Below, piece by piece: positions 50,547 through 60,938 of a stretch of 64,000 nt of DNA. This DNA is from Wickerhamiella versatilis. Taxonomy: Eukaryota. Every line of letters starts with the position of its first letter. The first letter of the stretch is position 1. Position numbers and translations under genes: made by a program. The stretch covers positions 3,844,001 through 3,908,000 of the forward strand of contig JAQOWU010000008.1 in the NCBI GenBank assembly GCA_030867685.1, in the 5' to 3' direction. The notes below the pieces were generated by a model that saw only the letters and a program-made list of their open reading frames with translations, did no database searches and had not been told where the DNA came from.

Positions 50547-51273
50547 GTTGCATGAGTAAGCACTGGTGTGGATCAGATATCGAGATCGTCCTGTACGCGA
50601 TGAGACTGTATGATGAATGATCCTTGCGTTGGAGTCAGTTTACTTTTATTTTTCTCTTTGGTTCGGATTCTTTAATACCTAGACCTGTCTGTATATAATA
50701 CTAAATTAATGGTCAGATGGAAGGGAGTACCCAGATGCAATTCTAGCTGGTATGACGCCAAATTAAACCTTATAAAAAAAATAAAAAAGGTCTCCGGTTA
50801 TTTATGCCGGAATCCACCAGAAAAGTAAAATAACCCGAATAGATAGGGTATACTGGACAGGAAACAACATACGACATAGAGATATAGTGAACACAAGAGT
50901 GGATGCTTCATTAAGAATGGACATAGTGTTCAGACAGAATATATACCAAAACATCGCAACGACTTTACCAATTCATGAAAAAACCGCGGTACGATGGAAT
51001 GATGGTGCTGAAACAGAATCTAAAAACAGCCACTGGTCGGATGAATTAGGCAAAGGGGAGGAGCACCATACTCCATGGCCAAGAGCTCACCAGAAACACA
51101 TTATACATATCCCACTAATTGTATCTACCTAAGGACTGTAAAAATAGCCAGAATATGGGCTGGTTCGAGGATATTGTGCTCCTAAATTACTCGAGCCTGG
51201 GCTAGGGCATGGTTGTCATCACCCACCTCAGCTGGGTGTCCGTTACACATCACCTGAGTGTTGCCACAAGGAT

Positions 51274-51879
51274 ATGAGCTCGGAGTACGACTACTTGTTC
51301 AAGCTGTTGCTTATTGGAGACTCGGGTGTTGGTAAATCCTGTCTCCTGTTGCGGTTCGCTGATAATTCGTACACTGAGTCGTACATATCGACGATTGGGG
51401 TTGATTTCAAGATTCGCACAGTCGATATCGATGGCAAGACTGTTAAGCTGCAAATCTGGGACACAGCGGGACAGGAGAGGTTCCGCACGATCACCTCCTC
51501 CTACTACCGCGGGTCTCATGGCATCATCGTGGTCTACGACGTTACGGATCAGGAGAGTTTCAACAACGTCAAGCAGTGGTTCAAGGAGATCGACCGGTAC
51601 GCCACAGAGGGCGTGACGAAGTTGCTGGTGGGCAATAAGAGTGATCTTACCGCTAAGAAGGTTGTTGACTATGATGTCGCAAAGGAGTTCGCGGACTCCA
51701 TGGGGGTTCAGTTCTTGGAGACGTCGGCGAAGGACTCCACCAATGTGGAGCAAGCATTTTTGGCCATGGCGCGGCAAATCAAGGAACGGATGCCAACAGG
51801 CGGCACAGGTGGCGGTGACAAGGCCGGTGTCAACTTGAAGGGCAACAATGTGAACACCGGGTCCAGTAGTTGTTGTTAG
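51274..51879 (+). CDS. YPT1: Rab1 GTPase
   Basis: [47 protein letters not shown]-terminal CC. Confidence 0.97.
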   Translation: MSSEYDYLFKLLLIGDSGVGKSCLLLRFADNSYTESYISTIGVDFKIRTVDIDGKTVKLQIWDTAGQERFRTITSSYYRGSHGIIVVYDVTDQESFNNVKQWFKEIDRYATEGVTKLLVGNKSDLTAKKVVDYDVAKEFADSMGVQFLETSAKDSTNVEQAFLAMARQIKERMPTGGTGGGDKAGVNLKGNNVNTGSSSCC

Positions 51880-52760
51880 AAAGCCCCCGCTTAAGGATAG
51901 AGTGCCTACCTACATACAGCGGCTGCTATTAATACGTTAGAGTCATACCGCAGATAAATAACTAGTCAATATCTATCAATTAAAGGATTTCCATACCATG
52001 ATATACCGTACCATGCCATAGAATGACATTAAACGTGCAGATGGCAATGCGAAGGACCCCCCCGCCTAAACTATTATCCTGCGATGTCACCGGATCACAT
52101 GGGTACCACAGCCGAAAACGGCACGATCCACTAGTGCTGGACACGCATTTCTATCATGAGGTTCAAAGAATAATACTTGATATGGATATGGATATGTTTA
52201 TGATTATCTGCGATTGATGCCATGGCTTATCGAGGCAATTAACGTGCCACGTCACAAAAAGCCTGGGAAGGCCAGGGCATTCGCATGCCAAGCCACAGAT
52301 TATCTCTTCTAATTACCGCAATGGGCCGCAACTGGCTGGTGATACCACGCTTTTATTTTTCACCGGATATGAATTACGTGAGCTGGAGATAATAATGAGA
52401 TAATAGATGGCTAGGAGGGAGAGGGAGGGGGTGGCTATCACCTTGCCCTATAAATAAATAAACTAATAAAAAAAACCGGCACAAATGACGGGAGCTCTAA
52501 AATTCCCGAGCCCCAGCACGGCATGTGGTATGCAGTGGAGTGTCTAAGATGTAGATGCAGTCCGGTGGTTATAATATCATCAGACAAACAAATACCGATG
52601 GCTTGCAAGAGGGTAGTTAGTAATACGTTGTTGTGGAGTCCGTGAATATGAGAGGATGAATGTAGATCACTGTAAACAAACCGATTCTTTGCCAACATAG
52701 AGACACCTTTATTTTTAAAGTTAAACATTGCGCGACAGAAACGACCGTGCACAATGCAGG

Positions 52761-52771
52761 ACGCGTCGCGT
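52761..52771. promoter_or_regulatory. Tandem MCB-like boxes upstream of the PRY gene
   Basis: ACGCGTCGCGT. Confidence 0.4.
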
Positions 52772-52889
52772 CTTTTTGACATATACCCCAACCCTGTGGA
52801 ATGCATATGTCCTAGCCCCCTCTACTTTGCGCGGGCAGGTTCTTTAGTACGTCAGCTGGAAGCTTCCAACCACTCACTTCACACCAAAC

Positions 52890-53768
52890 ATGAAGAGCAG
52901 TACATTCCTTTACCTCGTTCCTTCAGCTCTAGCAGTCACAGTTACTCAAATGAACACTGATATTGTAACTGTCCATCCTGGTGAGACTCCGGCGCCTGCC
53001 ACCACGACGTCTCCTGAACCTGCCGCTCCGGCGAGTGAGCACAAGCACGAGTCTGTGTCCTACTACACGTCTATTTATGTTTCAGGTGGTGACTCTGGCG
53101 CCCCAGCCCCAGCCCCAGCGTCGTCGAAGCCGGCTACCACCAGTTCGGCATCCGCTTCTGCCAAGGTGGCAGCTGAGGTTGTGACTTCAGAGTCTTCCTC
53201 GCCCGCGCCCGCGCCCGCGCCTACGACCTCGTCATCCTCGCCAGTAGCTATCGAGACGAGCCCGGAGCCCACCACTTCCAGCGAGGCACCCAGCCCCACG
53301 ACCGAGGCACCCAGTACAACATCCTCTGCACCAGCAGAGACTTCCTCATCCTCGTCAGACGATAATCTTTCATCCTTCCAGAAAACTATTGTGGACTATC
53401 ACAACAAGGTGCGCTCCCAATTCGGGGCTGGGTCGCTTTCATGGAGCGATGATCTTGCATCCTATGCTCAGAACTATCTTGACAAGATTAATTGCCAGTT
53501 CCAGCACTCTAACGGCCCCTACGGCGAGAATTTGGCCATGGGATACTCCGATCTCGAGAAATCAATGTCTGCATGGTTTGATGAAAAGTCCAAGTACAAC
53601 TGGGGCGCTGCCACATTCTCTGAGAATACCGGCCACTTCACTCAGATGATCTGGAAGGGCACCACCCAGGTCGGCTGTGCCCAGAGTAAATGTAGCAACG
53701 GTAATTACTTGGTATGCGAGTACAACCCAAGGGGCAATGTGCTTGGCAAGTTCGCCCAAAATGTCTAA
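52890..53768 (+). CDS. Secreted CAP/SCP-domain protein (Pry1/Pry2-like)
   Basis: Signal peptide, Ser/Thr/Pro-rich linker, HN..R, GPYGENLA.GY, GHFTQMIWK.T.QVGCA, VCEY.P.GN. Confidence 0.92.
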   Translation: MKSSTFLYLVPSALAVTVTQMNTDIVTVHPGETPAPATTTSPEPAAPASEHKHESVSYYTSIYVSGGDSGAPAPAPASSKPATTSSASASAKVAAEVVTSESSSPAPAPAPTTSSSSPVAIETSPEPTTSSEAPSPTTEAPSTTSSAPAETSSSSSDDNLSSFQKTIVDYHNKVRSQFGAGSLSWSDDLASYAQNYLDKINCQFQHSNGPYGENLAMGYSDLEKSMSAWFDEKSKYNWGAATFSENTGHFTQMIWKGTTQVGCAQSKCSNGNYLVCEYNPRGNVLGKFAQNV

Positions 53769-53828
53769 GATATTGTAAGAAATAGTTTTTTGTTGATAAA
53801 TGTTATATTAGTTTACTAAATAAGCGTG

Positions 53829-55565
53829 CTATGATAAGAGAAGATTAACTGCCCATTCTACCGACAGGGTGCGAAGGTCTGTATAGTTTTGTCCCACCCC
53901 GACAAAGAGCACGGGGACTCCCGTGGAGCAGGTCATGTTGACAAGCGTTCCAAGCATATCGCCAACCGTATCACACTTTGACACCAGGAAAAAGTCAATA
54001 CGGCGGTTTGGGCCGAACGCTGAATCAAAATTTCGGGCTTGCTCAACACTGTCGGTTCCCACCAAGGCCTCACCGACCATTACAACCTTATCAGGATTTG
54101 CAAGCTTTCCAAATCGTTCCAGGGAGCTCATGAGCCGCTCATCGTTGTGTCGCCTGCCAGCAGTATCGATAAGAACCACGTCAAAATTATGGCTGGCGCC
54201 ATACTCCACTGCCTTTTGTGCCACCACTGCCGCATCCTTTCCATAGCCAGACTGAAAGAGTTCAACATCGCCGCTCGACTGGCGCTCAGTGAGCTGCTTA
54301 AGCCTGTCCACATGCACCTTCAACTGCTCCACAGCCCCGGATCGGAAGGTATCAGCAGCAGCAATCAGCACCCGCAAATCATTTTGGAGCAGCCAGAACG
54401 CAAGTTTTCCGAGATTGGTGCTTTTGCCCACACCATTCACCCCCACCACGCTGATAACATACGGCCGGGATTTTTTCGATCTATTATGCTGAATTTCCAC
54501 AAGAAGGTCCAAGGACGTGCTTGGAGTCAAGATATTACGCAATGTCTGCAAAACACTGGTACGCACGGTTGATTTCACCGATGTCCAGCTATCGGTTGAC
54601 GCGCCCTGCAAGTCTGCACGAACTCGGGAGCATATCATATGTGCGACCTCCTTGGCAACATTCTTCCGTACGAGATGGTCCTCTATAGCCCCCAAGGCCT
54701 TATCCAGGTCTTTTTCGGTAAGCTTTTTACCGCCGATAAAACCCCTAAGAAATCCCAGGGACTCACCAGCCGCCGGAGAAGCGTCAGATTTTTTGTTGCT
54801 CAGGATACCAGATAATTCGTCCGTGAGCTCAGAAACCATGAAACCGTCACGGGATTTGTGCCCATAGCCCTCTAAACTGAGCTTTTCAATATTAGGAGTT
54901 GCAGTGGTCCGCTGCTGGGTAGTTTCAGCGGAGTAGTCGAGGGTGTCATCGTCCCCCTCATCGTCACTTATCCCATCCCAGTTTCGTCGCTTCTTTTTAC
55001 CCTTCTTTGCCGTTTTCTTAGAATTCTTTCCAGATGCACCAGGTTGCTTTCCTGCTTTTGAGATGGCCTTTTGTTTACTGGTTTGCGAAGATTTTCCTAG
55101 CGACCGTGCCTGCTCGGGCTCAGCGTCTCGACCTGGTTTGGTCTCGGGCCCAGATTCAGACTCAGACTCGGGCTCAGGCTCGGACTCAAGCTCAGATTCG
55201 GGTTCTAAGTCAAGTTGTTGTAGGCGTGTACTGACCAGAGCATCGAATTTTGCCAGATCCGCGTCAAGGTCGACCTTTGGACCTGATGTGGAGGCAAATA
55301 TCGTAGCAATGTCACTCACGACCTCATCAGCACGTTTGAGACGCAATATAGAGGGATATACGAGCACCACATTGGCACCGAGACTAGCTACTCGGTCCAG
55401 CCGAAAGTTGAAGCCACCCTTGAGTGTACCAGAGTCCTGAGATGCCTCGATCACTTTTCGTAGCAAAATCTCATTAAATACCCCATCAGGTATCTGGGGT
55501 CCAGAGCCAATACTTCGATCCCATAACACTATACCGCCATCAGTATAAACTGCTGCCCTGAACAT
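53829..55565 (-). CDS. SRP101: SRP receptor alpha subunit
   Basis: SRX N-domain (T.GGIVLW), GVNGVGKSTNL.K, DTFRSGAVEQL, DTAGR, GEALVG.D, FVGVGQ.Y.DLR. Confidence 0.95.
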   Translation of the reverse strand: MFRAAVYTDGGIVLWDRSIGSGPQIPDGVFNEILLRKVIEASQDSGTLKGGFNFRLDRVASLGANVVLVYPSILRLKRADEVVSDIATIFASTSGPKVDLDADLAKFDALVSTRLQQLDLEPESELESEPEPESESESGPETKPGRDAEPEQARSLGKSSQTSKQKAISKAGKQPGASGKNSKKTAKKGKKKRRNWDGISDDEGDDDTLDYSAETTQQRTTATPNIEKLSLEGYGHKSRDGFMVSELTDELSGILSNKKSDASPAAGESLGFLRGFIGGKKLTEKDLDKALGAIEDHLVRKNVAKEVAHMICSRVRADLQGASTDSWTSVKSTVRTSVLQTLRNILTPSTSLDLLVEIQHNRSKKSRPYVISVVGVNGVGKSTNLGKLAFWLLQNDLRVLIAAADTFRSGAVEQLKVHVDRLKQLTERQSSGDVELFQSGYGKDAAVVAQKAVEYGASHNFDVVLIDTAGRRHNDERLMSSLERFGKLANPDKVVMVGEALVGTDSVEQARNFDSAFGPNRRIDFFLVSKCDTVGDMLGTLVNMTCSTGVPVLFVGVGQNYTDLRTLSVEWAVNLLLS

Positions 55566-56241
55566 CAATATGACACGGGCCTCAGACCACGTAGGATGAG
55601 TAAGGCTGAGTGCAGACTCGAAGGAACAGAGGCAGTGGTGCCTTTTTTTCTCTCAAAAGCCTTTATTACGAGATGAGTGATTCTTTTTTATCTTGGAAAA
55701 TACACAGACAAGTACATAGATAAATATAAATATATATATATTTCTAGATGTATGAATATCCGAGAAATTGCTTACATGTATAACGCGATGTGATGACAAA
55801 ACAGAATTAAGCGAGCGTGTCCTAATGACATAGTTGAGCACTAAAGAAAAGGCCAACTTGAATGTCTTTCGCTAAATTAAAAGCGAAATATGTTGGATCA
55901 GCGCCTGGTTCCTTGGTAATTGATTTGTTTAATTTATGATTCTGCCGAAAATATTTTTCCATTTTTTAATTGGTATCTCTGATAGTATGCCTTGTTCAAG
56001 CCGATCTAAATACAAACCGAGTCCAAAAATCGTGCTCTTAAGCTAGAATTTGTCTTAATTAGAAGAATGTGGCGTTTCATGTATAGCTTCCTAGATACAG
56101 TGTTTTCCACCGCTCACCCACGGCGGACCACCAGGAGTCTATCTATAGCTCCTTACTCCGCATATCGTGCATCTCTTTAAAGACAGTTTGTCTGTGCCTA
56201 CATGAGGCACGTGACATAATATTTGTCACGTCTCCGGCAGG

Positions 56242-59200
56242 ATGGCTCCTTCAAAAAGGCGTCGTGTCACGGTAAATAGCGATGATTCTTCTGGCGAGGA
56301 GAAAGAAGAATATCCTATTACGTTAAAGTATGACGCGAATGCGAATGTAAAAAAAGAAGCGAGTGACGATGAGTACCGTGAGTCAGAGTTCGAGGACGAG
56401 AACGAGGACGAAGGATCCACGGAGGGTTATTCTGAAGAAGCATCAGATGGGGGTTTCATTGTTGACTCTGATGGAAATGATGTCCGTGGCTCCTATGATA
56501 GACCAGCTAGAAGGCGACGTAGCTCGCGTGCAACGCGGTCAGCACCCCCACGGACCCGTCGTCTCACCCGGCGACAGGCAGCATTAAGGCGTGCACATGG
56601 CATCCCAAGCGAAAGTGGGCATGAGGGGGACACAGATAGTGTTGCAGAAGAGTTTCGTGATCTTCATGATACGCCATCACCATCACCACCGCCACGAGAA
56701 TTAAGAGCCAGGCGTCCGGTGAGCTATGCAATGCCCCCACCGCCCACATTGGAAGAAGTAGAGGCAGCTGCTGCTTCAATTTCGGCTCGTCACGATTCAA
56801 AGTCTAAAAATAAAGGACCTCTACGAAGGCTGTTTAACGTGAGAGGGCCATTTGGAGGTGCTGATGTGGTGTCACTATTCAATCCATCTGAAAATGAATT
56901 GCGCAAAGTGTTGGACGAGGGAAGCAAATCAGTCATCTCTACCTCTCAGTCTGCAGCTACCACTGCAGATTCTGATCCCCTTGGAATCGAAACTGACATT
57001 GATTTCAGTGCTGTCGGTGGTCTTGATGATTACATCGATAAGCTCAAGGAAATGGTTCAATTGCCTTTGATGTATCCAAATATTTACAAACGTTTTGCAA
57101 TCACGCCTCCCCGAGGTGTTCTTTTCCATGGCCCTCCTGGAACGGGCAAAACTCTTATGGCCCGGGCCTTGGCATCAAGCTGTAGCAAGGATAGTGGGAA
57201 AAAAGTCACTTTCTTCATGAGAAAAGGCGCAGACTGTTTGTCTAAATGGATTGGAGAAGCAGAGCGCCAATTGAGGTTACTCTTCGAAGAAGCCAAAGCG
57301 CATCAGCCTAGCATTATATTCTTTGATGAGATTGACGGGCTGGCCCCAGTAAGATCATCAAAACAGGAACAAATACATGCGTCAATTGTATCAACTTTAC
57401 TTGCGTTGATGGATGGAATGGATAACCGCGGCCAAGTTGTGGTTATAGGTGCAACGAATAGACCTGATAGCGTAGACCCCGCTCTCAGACGTCCAGGGAG
57501 ATTCGATCGAGAGTTTTATTTCCCGCTGCCCAACTTGCAGGCTCGTCGTCGGATTATTGAAATACACACAACAAAGTGGGACCCCCCTCTGCCAGGTAAC
57601 TTCCTGGACAAGGTCGCTTCACTTACAAAAGGCTATGGCGGTGCAGACATTCGAGCTCTATGTACCGAATCTGCTCTTATAGCCATCCAACGTGCCTTCC
57701 CGCAGATATATGCCACAAGGCAGCGGCTGCTTGTTGACCCAAGCCAGATAAAAGTCGAGCCTGCAGATTTCATGGCAGCAATTGATAGGATCCAGCCCAG
57801 CTCAATGAGGGAAAATGAAGGTGAAGGACCTCGACCTTTGCCAGATCGCATCGAGCCTTTGCTTCGTGATACTTTCTCAAAGATCAAGGAGCAGCTGGAT
57901 AGTGTTTTGCCCAGGGCACCTATTCGGTCATCTCTGGAGCAAGCAATCGACTCCGAAGGGATCTCTTTTGAAGTGCAACAGCGTTACAAGGAACTCCAAG
58001 CAAGCCGAGTCTATCGGCCTCGACTTCTAGTCCATGGCCCGCCTGATCATGGGCAGGAATACCTTGCTGCCGCTATAGCAAACTATTTGGAAGGGGTTAA
58101 CATACAGTATTTGAGTCTCCCATCTTTGTTAGGAGATACTATGAAGACACCAGAGGCAACTATTGTACAAGTAGTAGCGGAGGCTCGACGCAGGACACCA
58201 TCCTGTATTTTGATCCCTGACATCGATGCTTGGACAGATGCAGTATCACCACAAGTGTTCAGCGTCTTGGTAGCTTCTTTACGGTCGTGCACTCCCAGTG
58301 AACCTGTGTTGGTTGTTGGCATATCAAATACTGAGTTAGAGGAGCTCAATCCTGCAATTGTTAAAATTTTCGGCCTAACAACAGTCAAGGCTACCATAGA
58401 CACATCAAAATCGGTCCTCTCCGAGTTCTTCGCTCTGCTTCGAGAGTTGATCACAAAGGAACCCCCGCGTATTACGCAGTCTCGCCAAAAAATTCCAGAG
58501 CTTCCTTTGGCTCCGGAAGAACCTGTGGATGCCTCATCCGCTTATGAGGATCCTGAGGAGCAGCGCCGCAAAGACATTAAGACGAGAAGCCAACTCAAAG
58601 TCAAGCTAGGCTCCCTGTTGGATGGCTTTAAGAACAGGTATAGGCGTTTCCGGAAGCCTGCTGTAGATGACATGCATATTGCGTATCTGTTTGAAACGGA
58701 AGGTAATGAAGGTGGAGAGGCAGCAGAAGAGCAGGAAGATCATGAGTATGTACGCACAGGAGACGATATGATCTTGGAGGTATCGACAGAAAAGAAATTC
58801 TACAACATGGACCTAGATATCATAGAGGATCGGTTGTGGAATGGATATTACTGTGAGCCTTCTCAATTTTTGAAAGACATAGAAATGATTCACGCTGATT
58901 CGGTGGTCATGGGTGATCGTGATCGAATGCATAAATCTTCAGAATTACTGGCTAACACTGAAGTCGCATTAGATGATATTAATGAGCCTGAATTCTTGCA
59001 GGCATGCCGGGACCTTCATATCCGTTCTGCACGCAGGCTTCTGCAGGAAGTTGGTAAAGTCAAAGATATTGACGGCTCAAGCACCCAGGGTAATTCACAA
59101 GTTGACCCACAAGGTAATCCAGAAGAAAGCTCACAGGGTGGTATGCAGGGTCAAGTTTCCGCTAAAGACGTGGAGAATCAACGGGAAGAAGGCTCTCATC

Positions 59201-59520
59201 ATTTGAATGGGAATGCAATAATGAAAGAAAAGACTGATACGGAGGCTGAAGCACATGTTTTGGCGGCAGAACATGCACCAGCTAACGCCGAGCCATTCTC
59301 TGACCCACATATAGGGCCGTTCAAAATAGATCTAGAACAGCTGAATTCCCTATTTGATCAAGTTATGACTGAATGCAGAGATTTCAGCCTTGGTCAACTG
59401 GAGTTGATTTATTCAGGGCTTGTTGACGTCGCGTGGCAGTACCGAAATGATCGTGACCGGACGGCGATGCTTTCAGAGCTACAGAAACGAGTTCAATTAA
59501 TACACTACCTTGATAATTAG
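56242..59520 (+). CDS. YTA7: Chromatin AAA+ ATPase with a bromodomain-like region (ATAD2)
   Basis: GPPGTGKTLMARALA, FFMRKGADCLSKW.GEAERQLRLLFEEA, second degenerate AAA domain, FYNMDLD.IE.RLWNGYY. Confidence 0.94.
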   Translation: MAPSKRRRVTVNSDDSSGEEKEEYPITLKYDANANVKKEASDDEYRESEFEDENEDEGSTEGYSEEASDGGFIVDSDGNDVRGSYDRPARRRRSSRATRSAPPRTRRLTRRQAALRRAHGIPSESGHEGDTDSVAEEFRDLHDTPSPSPPPRELRARRPVSYAMPPPPTLEEVEAAAASISARHDSKSKNKGPLRRLFNVRGPFGGADVVSLFNPSENELRKVLDEGSKSVISTSQSAATTADSDPLGIETDIDFSAVGGLDDYIDKLKEMVQLPLMYPNIYKRFAITPPRGVLFHGPPGTGKTLMARALASSCSKDSGKKVTFFMRKGADCLSKWIGEAERQLRLLFEEAKAHQPSIIFFDEIDGLAPVRSSKQEQIHASIVSTLLALMDGMDNRGQVVVIGATNRPDSVDPALRRPGRFDREFYFPLPNLQARRRIIEIHTTKWDPPLPGNFLDKVASLTKGYGGADIRALCTESALIAIQRAFPQIYATRQRLLVDPSQIKVEPADFMAAIDRIQPSSMRENEGEGPRPLPDRIEPLLRDTFSKIKEQLDSVLPRAPIRSSLEQAIDSEGISFEVQQRYKELQASRVYRPRLLVHGPPDHGQEYLAAAIANYLEGVNIQYLSLPSLLGDTMKTPEATIVQVVAEARRRTPSCILIPDIDAWTDAVSPQVFSVLVASLRSCTPSEPVLVVGISNTELEELNPAIVKIFGLTTVKATIDTSKSVLSEFFALLRELITKEPPRITQSRQKIPELPLAPEEPVDASSAYEDPEEQRRKDIKTRSQLKVKLGSLLDGFKNRYRRFRKPAVDDMHIAYLFETEGNEGGEAAEEQEDHEYVRTGDDMILEVSTEKKFYNMDLDIIEDRLWNGYYCEPSQFLKDIEMIHADSVVMGDRDRMHKSSELLANTEVALDDINEPEFLQACRDLHIRSARRLLQEVGKVKDIDGSSTQGNSQVDPQGNPEESSQGGMQGQVSAKDVENQREEGSHHLNGNAIMKEKTDTEAEAHVLAAEHAPANAEPFSDPHIGPFKIDLEQLNSLFDQVMTECRDFSLGQLELIYSGLVDVAWQYRNDRDRTAMLSELQKRVQLIHYLDN

Positions 59521-59556
59521 TATAGCAAATACCTATATCTATATTCGCAATGTAAC

Positions 59557-60936
59557 TTAGAGTTTTTCAAGTATTTTGGCGACTTCAAGTACCAGCTCAT
59601 CGTCGCCGTATTGACCCCAAACCTGAATTCCAACCGAGAAATCCATAGGCACTGTAATTGCCGGTAATCCCGCGATGTTTGCGGGCATTGTCAAAACGTC
59701 ATCTATGTAATGCTCAACGGGATCCGCGTCAGTACTTTTATCTAAGTTCGGAGGTAGCTGAGGTGAGGCTGGAACCACAATGACATCGATATCTCCGGGT
59801 ACAGTGGCCGGATCATGTAAAAGCGAATGCTGGGTTCCAAATACGCTGTTAAATTCGTTGATAATTAATCTCCTCACTTTTTGGGCCTTTAGGAAATGTT
59901 CATCATAAGCCTCAGCAGTCATGTTGAATGTACCCAATAAGATCCGACGCTGCACTTCTTTACCAAAGCCTTCAGTTCGGGTAGGTCCATATAGGACATT
60001 GTCTTTAGAATTTTGATCTTTTGACGCCCGAGTACCGAAACGAATTCCATCATATCTGGCCAAATTTGAAGAAGCTTCAGCAGAGGAGAGTGCAAAATAA
60101 GTTGGAAGTGCGAACTTAACGCCAGGGATACTTACGAGCTCGAGTTCATGACCCTGGTCAACAAGACCTTCAAGAGCTCTTTTCCATGCTTCTCGAACAC
60201 GGGGATGCATGTCTATTATAGTTTCTTCAACAATCCCAACTTTTAATTGCTTTTTAAGAGGCCCCTTGATCCATGCCTTTCGAAGCCAGCTCGGTGCACA
60301 GGTAGGGTCCTTCTCATCAGGCTTATCAAGTATTTGAAATGTTTTTTCCAGCTTACCGAGATCACGGCTTAATATTCCGACAGTATCAAGACTCTGTGCA
60401 AAGCTAACAAGCCCATAGCGAGATATTCTACCGTAAGAGGGTTTGAAGCCGAAAACAGAGCAGTACGCAGCAGGTAGTCGCACACTTCCACCAGTATCTG
60501 AACCAAGACTAACGTCACAGAATCCAGCTGCTACAGAGGCTGCGCTACCACCTGATGAGCCACCGGGGCTCGTCGGGTGGTCATAGAGAGGATTCAAACA
60601 TCGACCATGACAGCTATAACTGTTATCAATTCCCATAGCAAACTCATCCATATTTGCTTTACCGAGAATAGTTCCACCACTTTCACGAAGTAAATCAGCT
60701 ACAGTGGAATCATATGGACTCATGAATCCCTTAAGGATCTGAGAAGCGCACGTCGTAGGTTGGTCCTTTGTACAAAAATTGTCTTTAAGAACATAACATA
60801 ACGATTCAGACGAATTAGAGCTCAGCACAAGCTCGCTTTCCTTTTTCACGGATACCAAAGCATTTATTTTCGGATTAACCTTAGCGATCCTCGCAAGGAA
60901 TTCTTTGGCTTTTCCACTCATCCGTTGACTCATCAT
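59557..60936 (-). CDS. HER2: Mitochondrial glutamyl-tRNA(Gln) amidotransferase subunit A (GatA)
   Basis: KDNF, GKANMDEFAMG, GGSSGGSAA, GSDTGGSVRLPA, EASSNLARYDGIRFG. Start uncertain (in-frame ATGs at 60972, 60936, 60933, 60921). Confidence 0.92.
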   Translation of the reverse strand: MMSQRMSGKAKEFLARIAKVNPKINALVSVKKESELVLSSNSSESLCYVLKDNFCTKDQPTTCASQILKGFMSPYDSTVADLLRESGGTILGKANMDEFAMGIDNSYSCHGRCLNPLYDHPTSPGGSSGGSAASVAAGFCDVSLGSDTGGSVRLPAAYCSVFGFKPSYGRISRYGLVSFAQSLDTVGILSRDLGKLEKTFQILDKPDEKDPTCAPSWLRKAWIKGPLKKQLKVGIVEETIIDMHPRVREAWKRALEGLVDQGHELELVSIPGVKFALPTYFALSSAEASSNLARYDGIRFGTRASKDQNSKDNVLYGPTRTEGFGKEVQRRILLGTFNMTAEAYDEHFLKAQKVRRLIINEFNSVFGTQHSLLHDPATVPGDIDVIVVPASPQLPPNLDKSTDADPVEHYIDDVLTMPANIAGLPAITVPMDFSVGIQVWGQYGDDELVLEVAKILEKL

Positions 60937-60938
60937 GA

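Noticed and set aside
51250-51777. 175-aa antisense ORF over YPT1
   Set aside because: Codon-bias shadow of a conserved gene.
55150-55205. Hexamer repeat encoding (E-S/P)n in SRP101
   Set aside because: Ordinary low-complexity linker between the SRX and NG domains.
44344-55791. Shared 11-mer TAACGCGATGT in two divergent promoters (44344 and 55781)
   Set aside because: A single 11-mer match is expected by chance at this sequence length.
55790-55982. GTGATGA...CTGA with a small hairpin (55867-55888)
   Set aside because: Boxes are far apart with no recognisable guide; a 7-bp stem is expected by chance. An Rfam scan would be needed.
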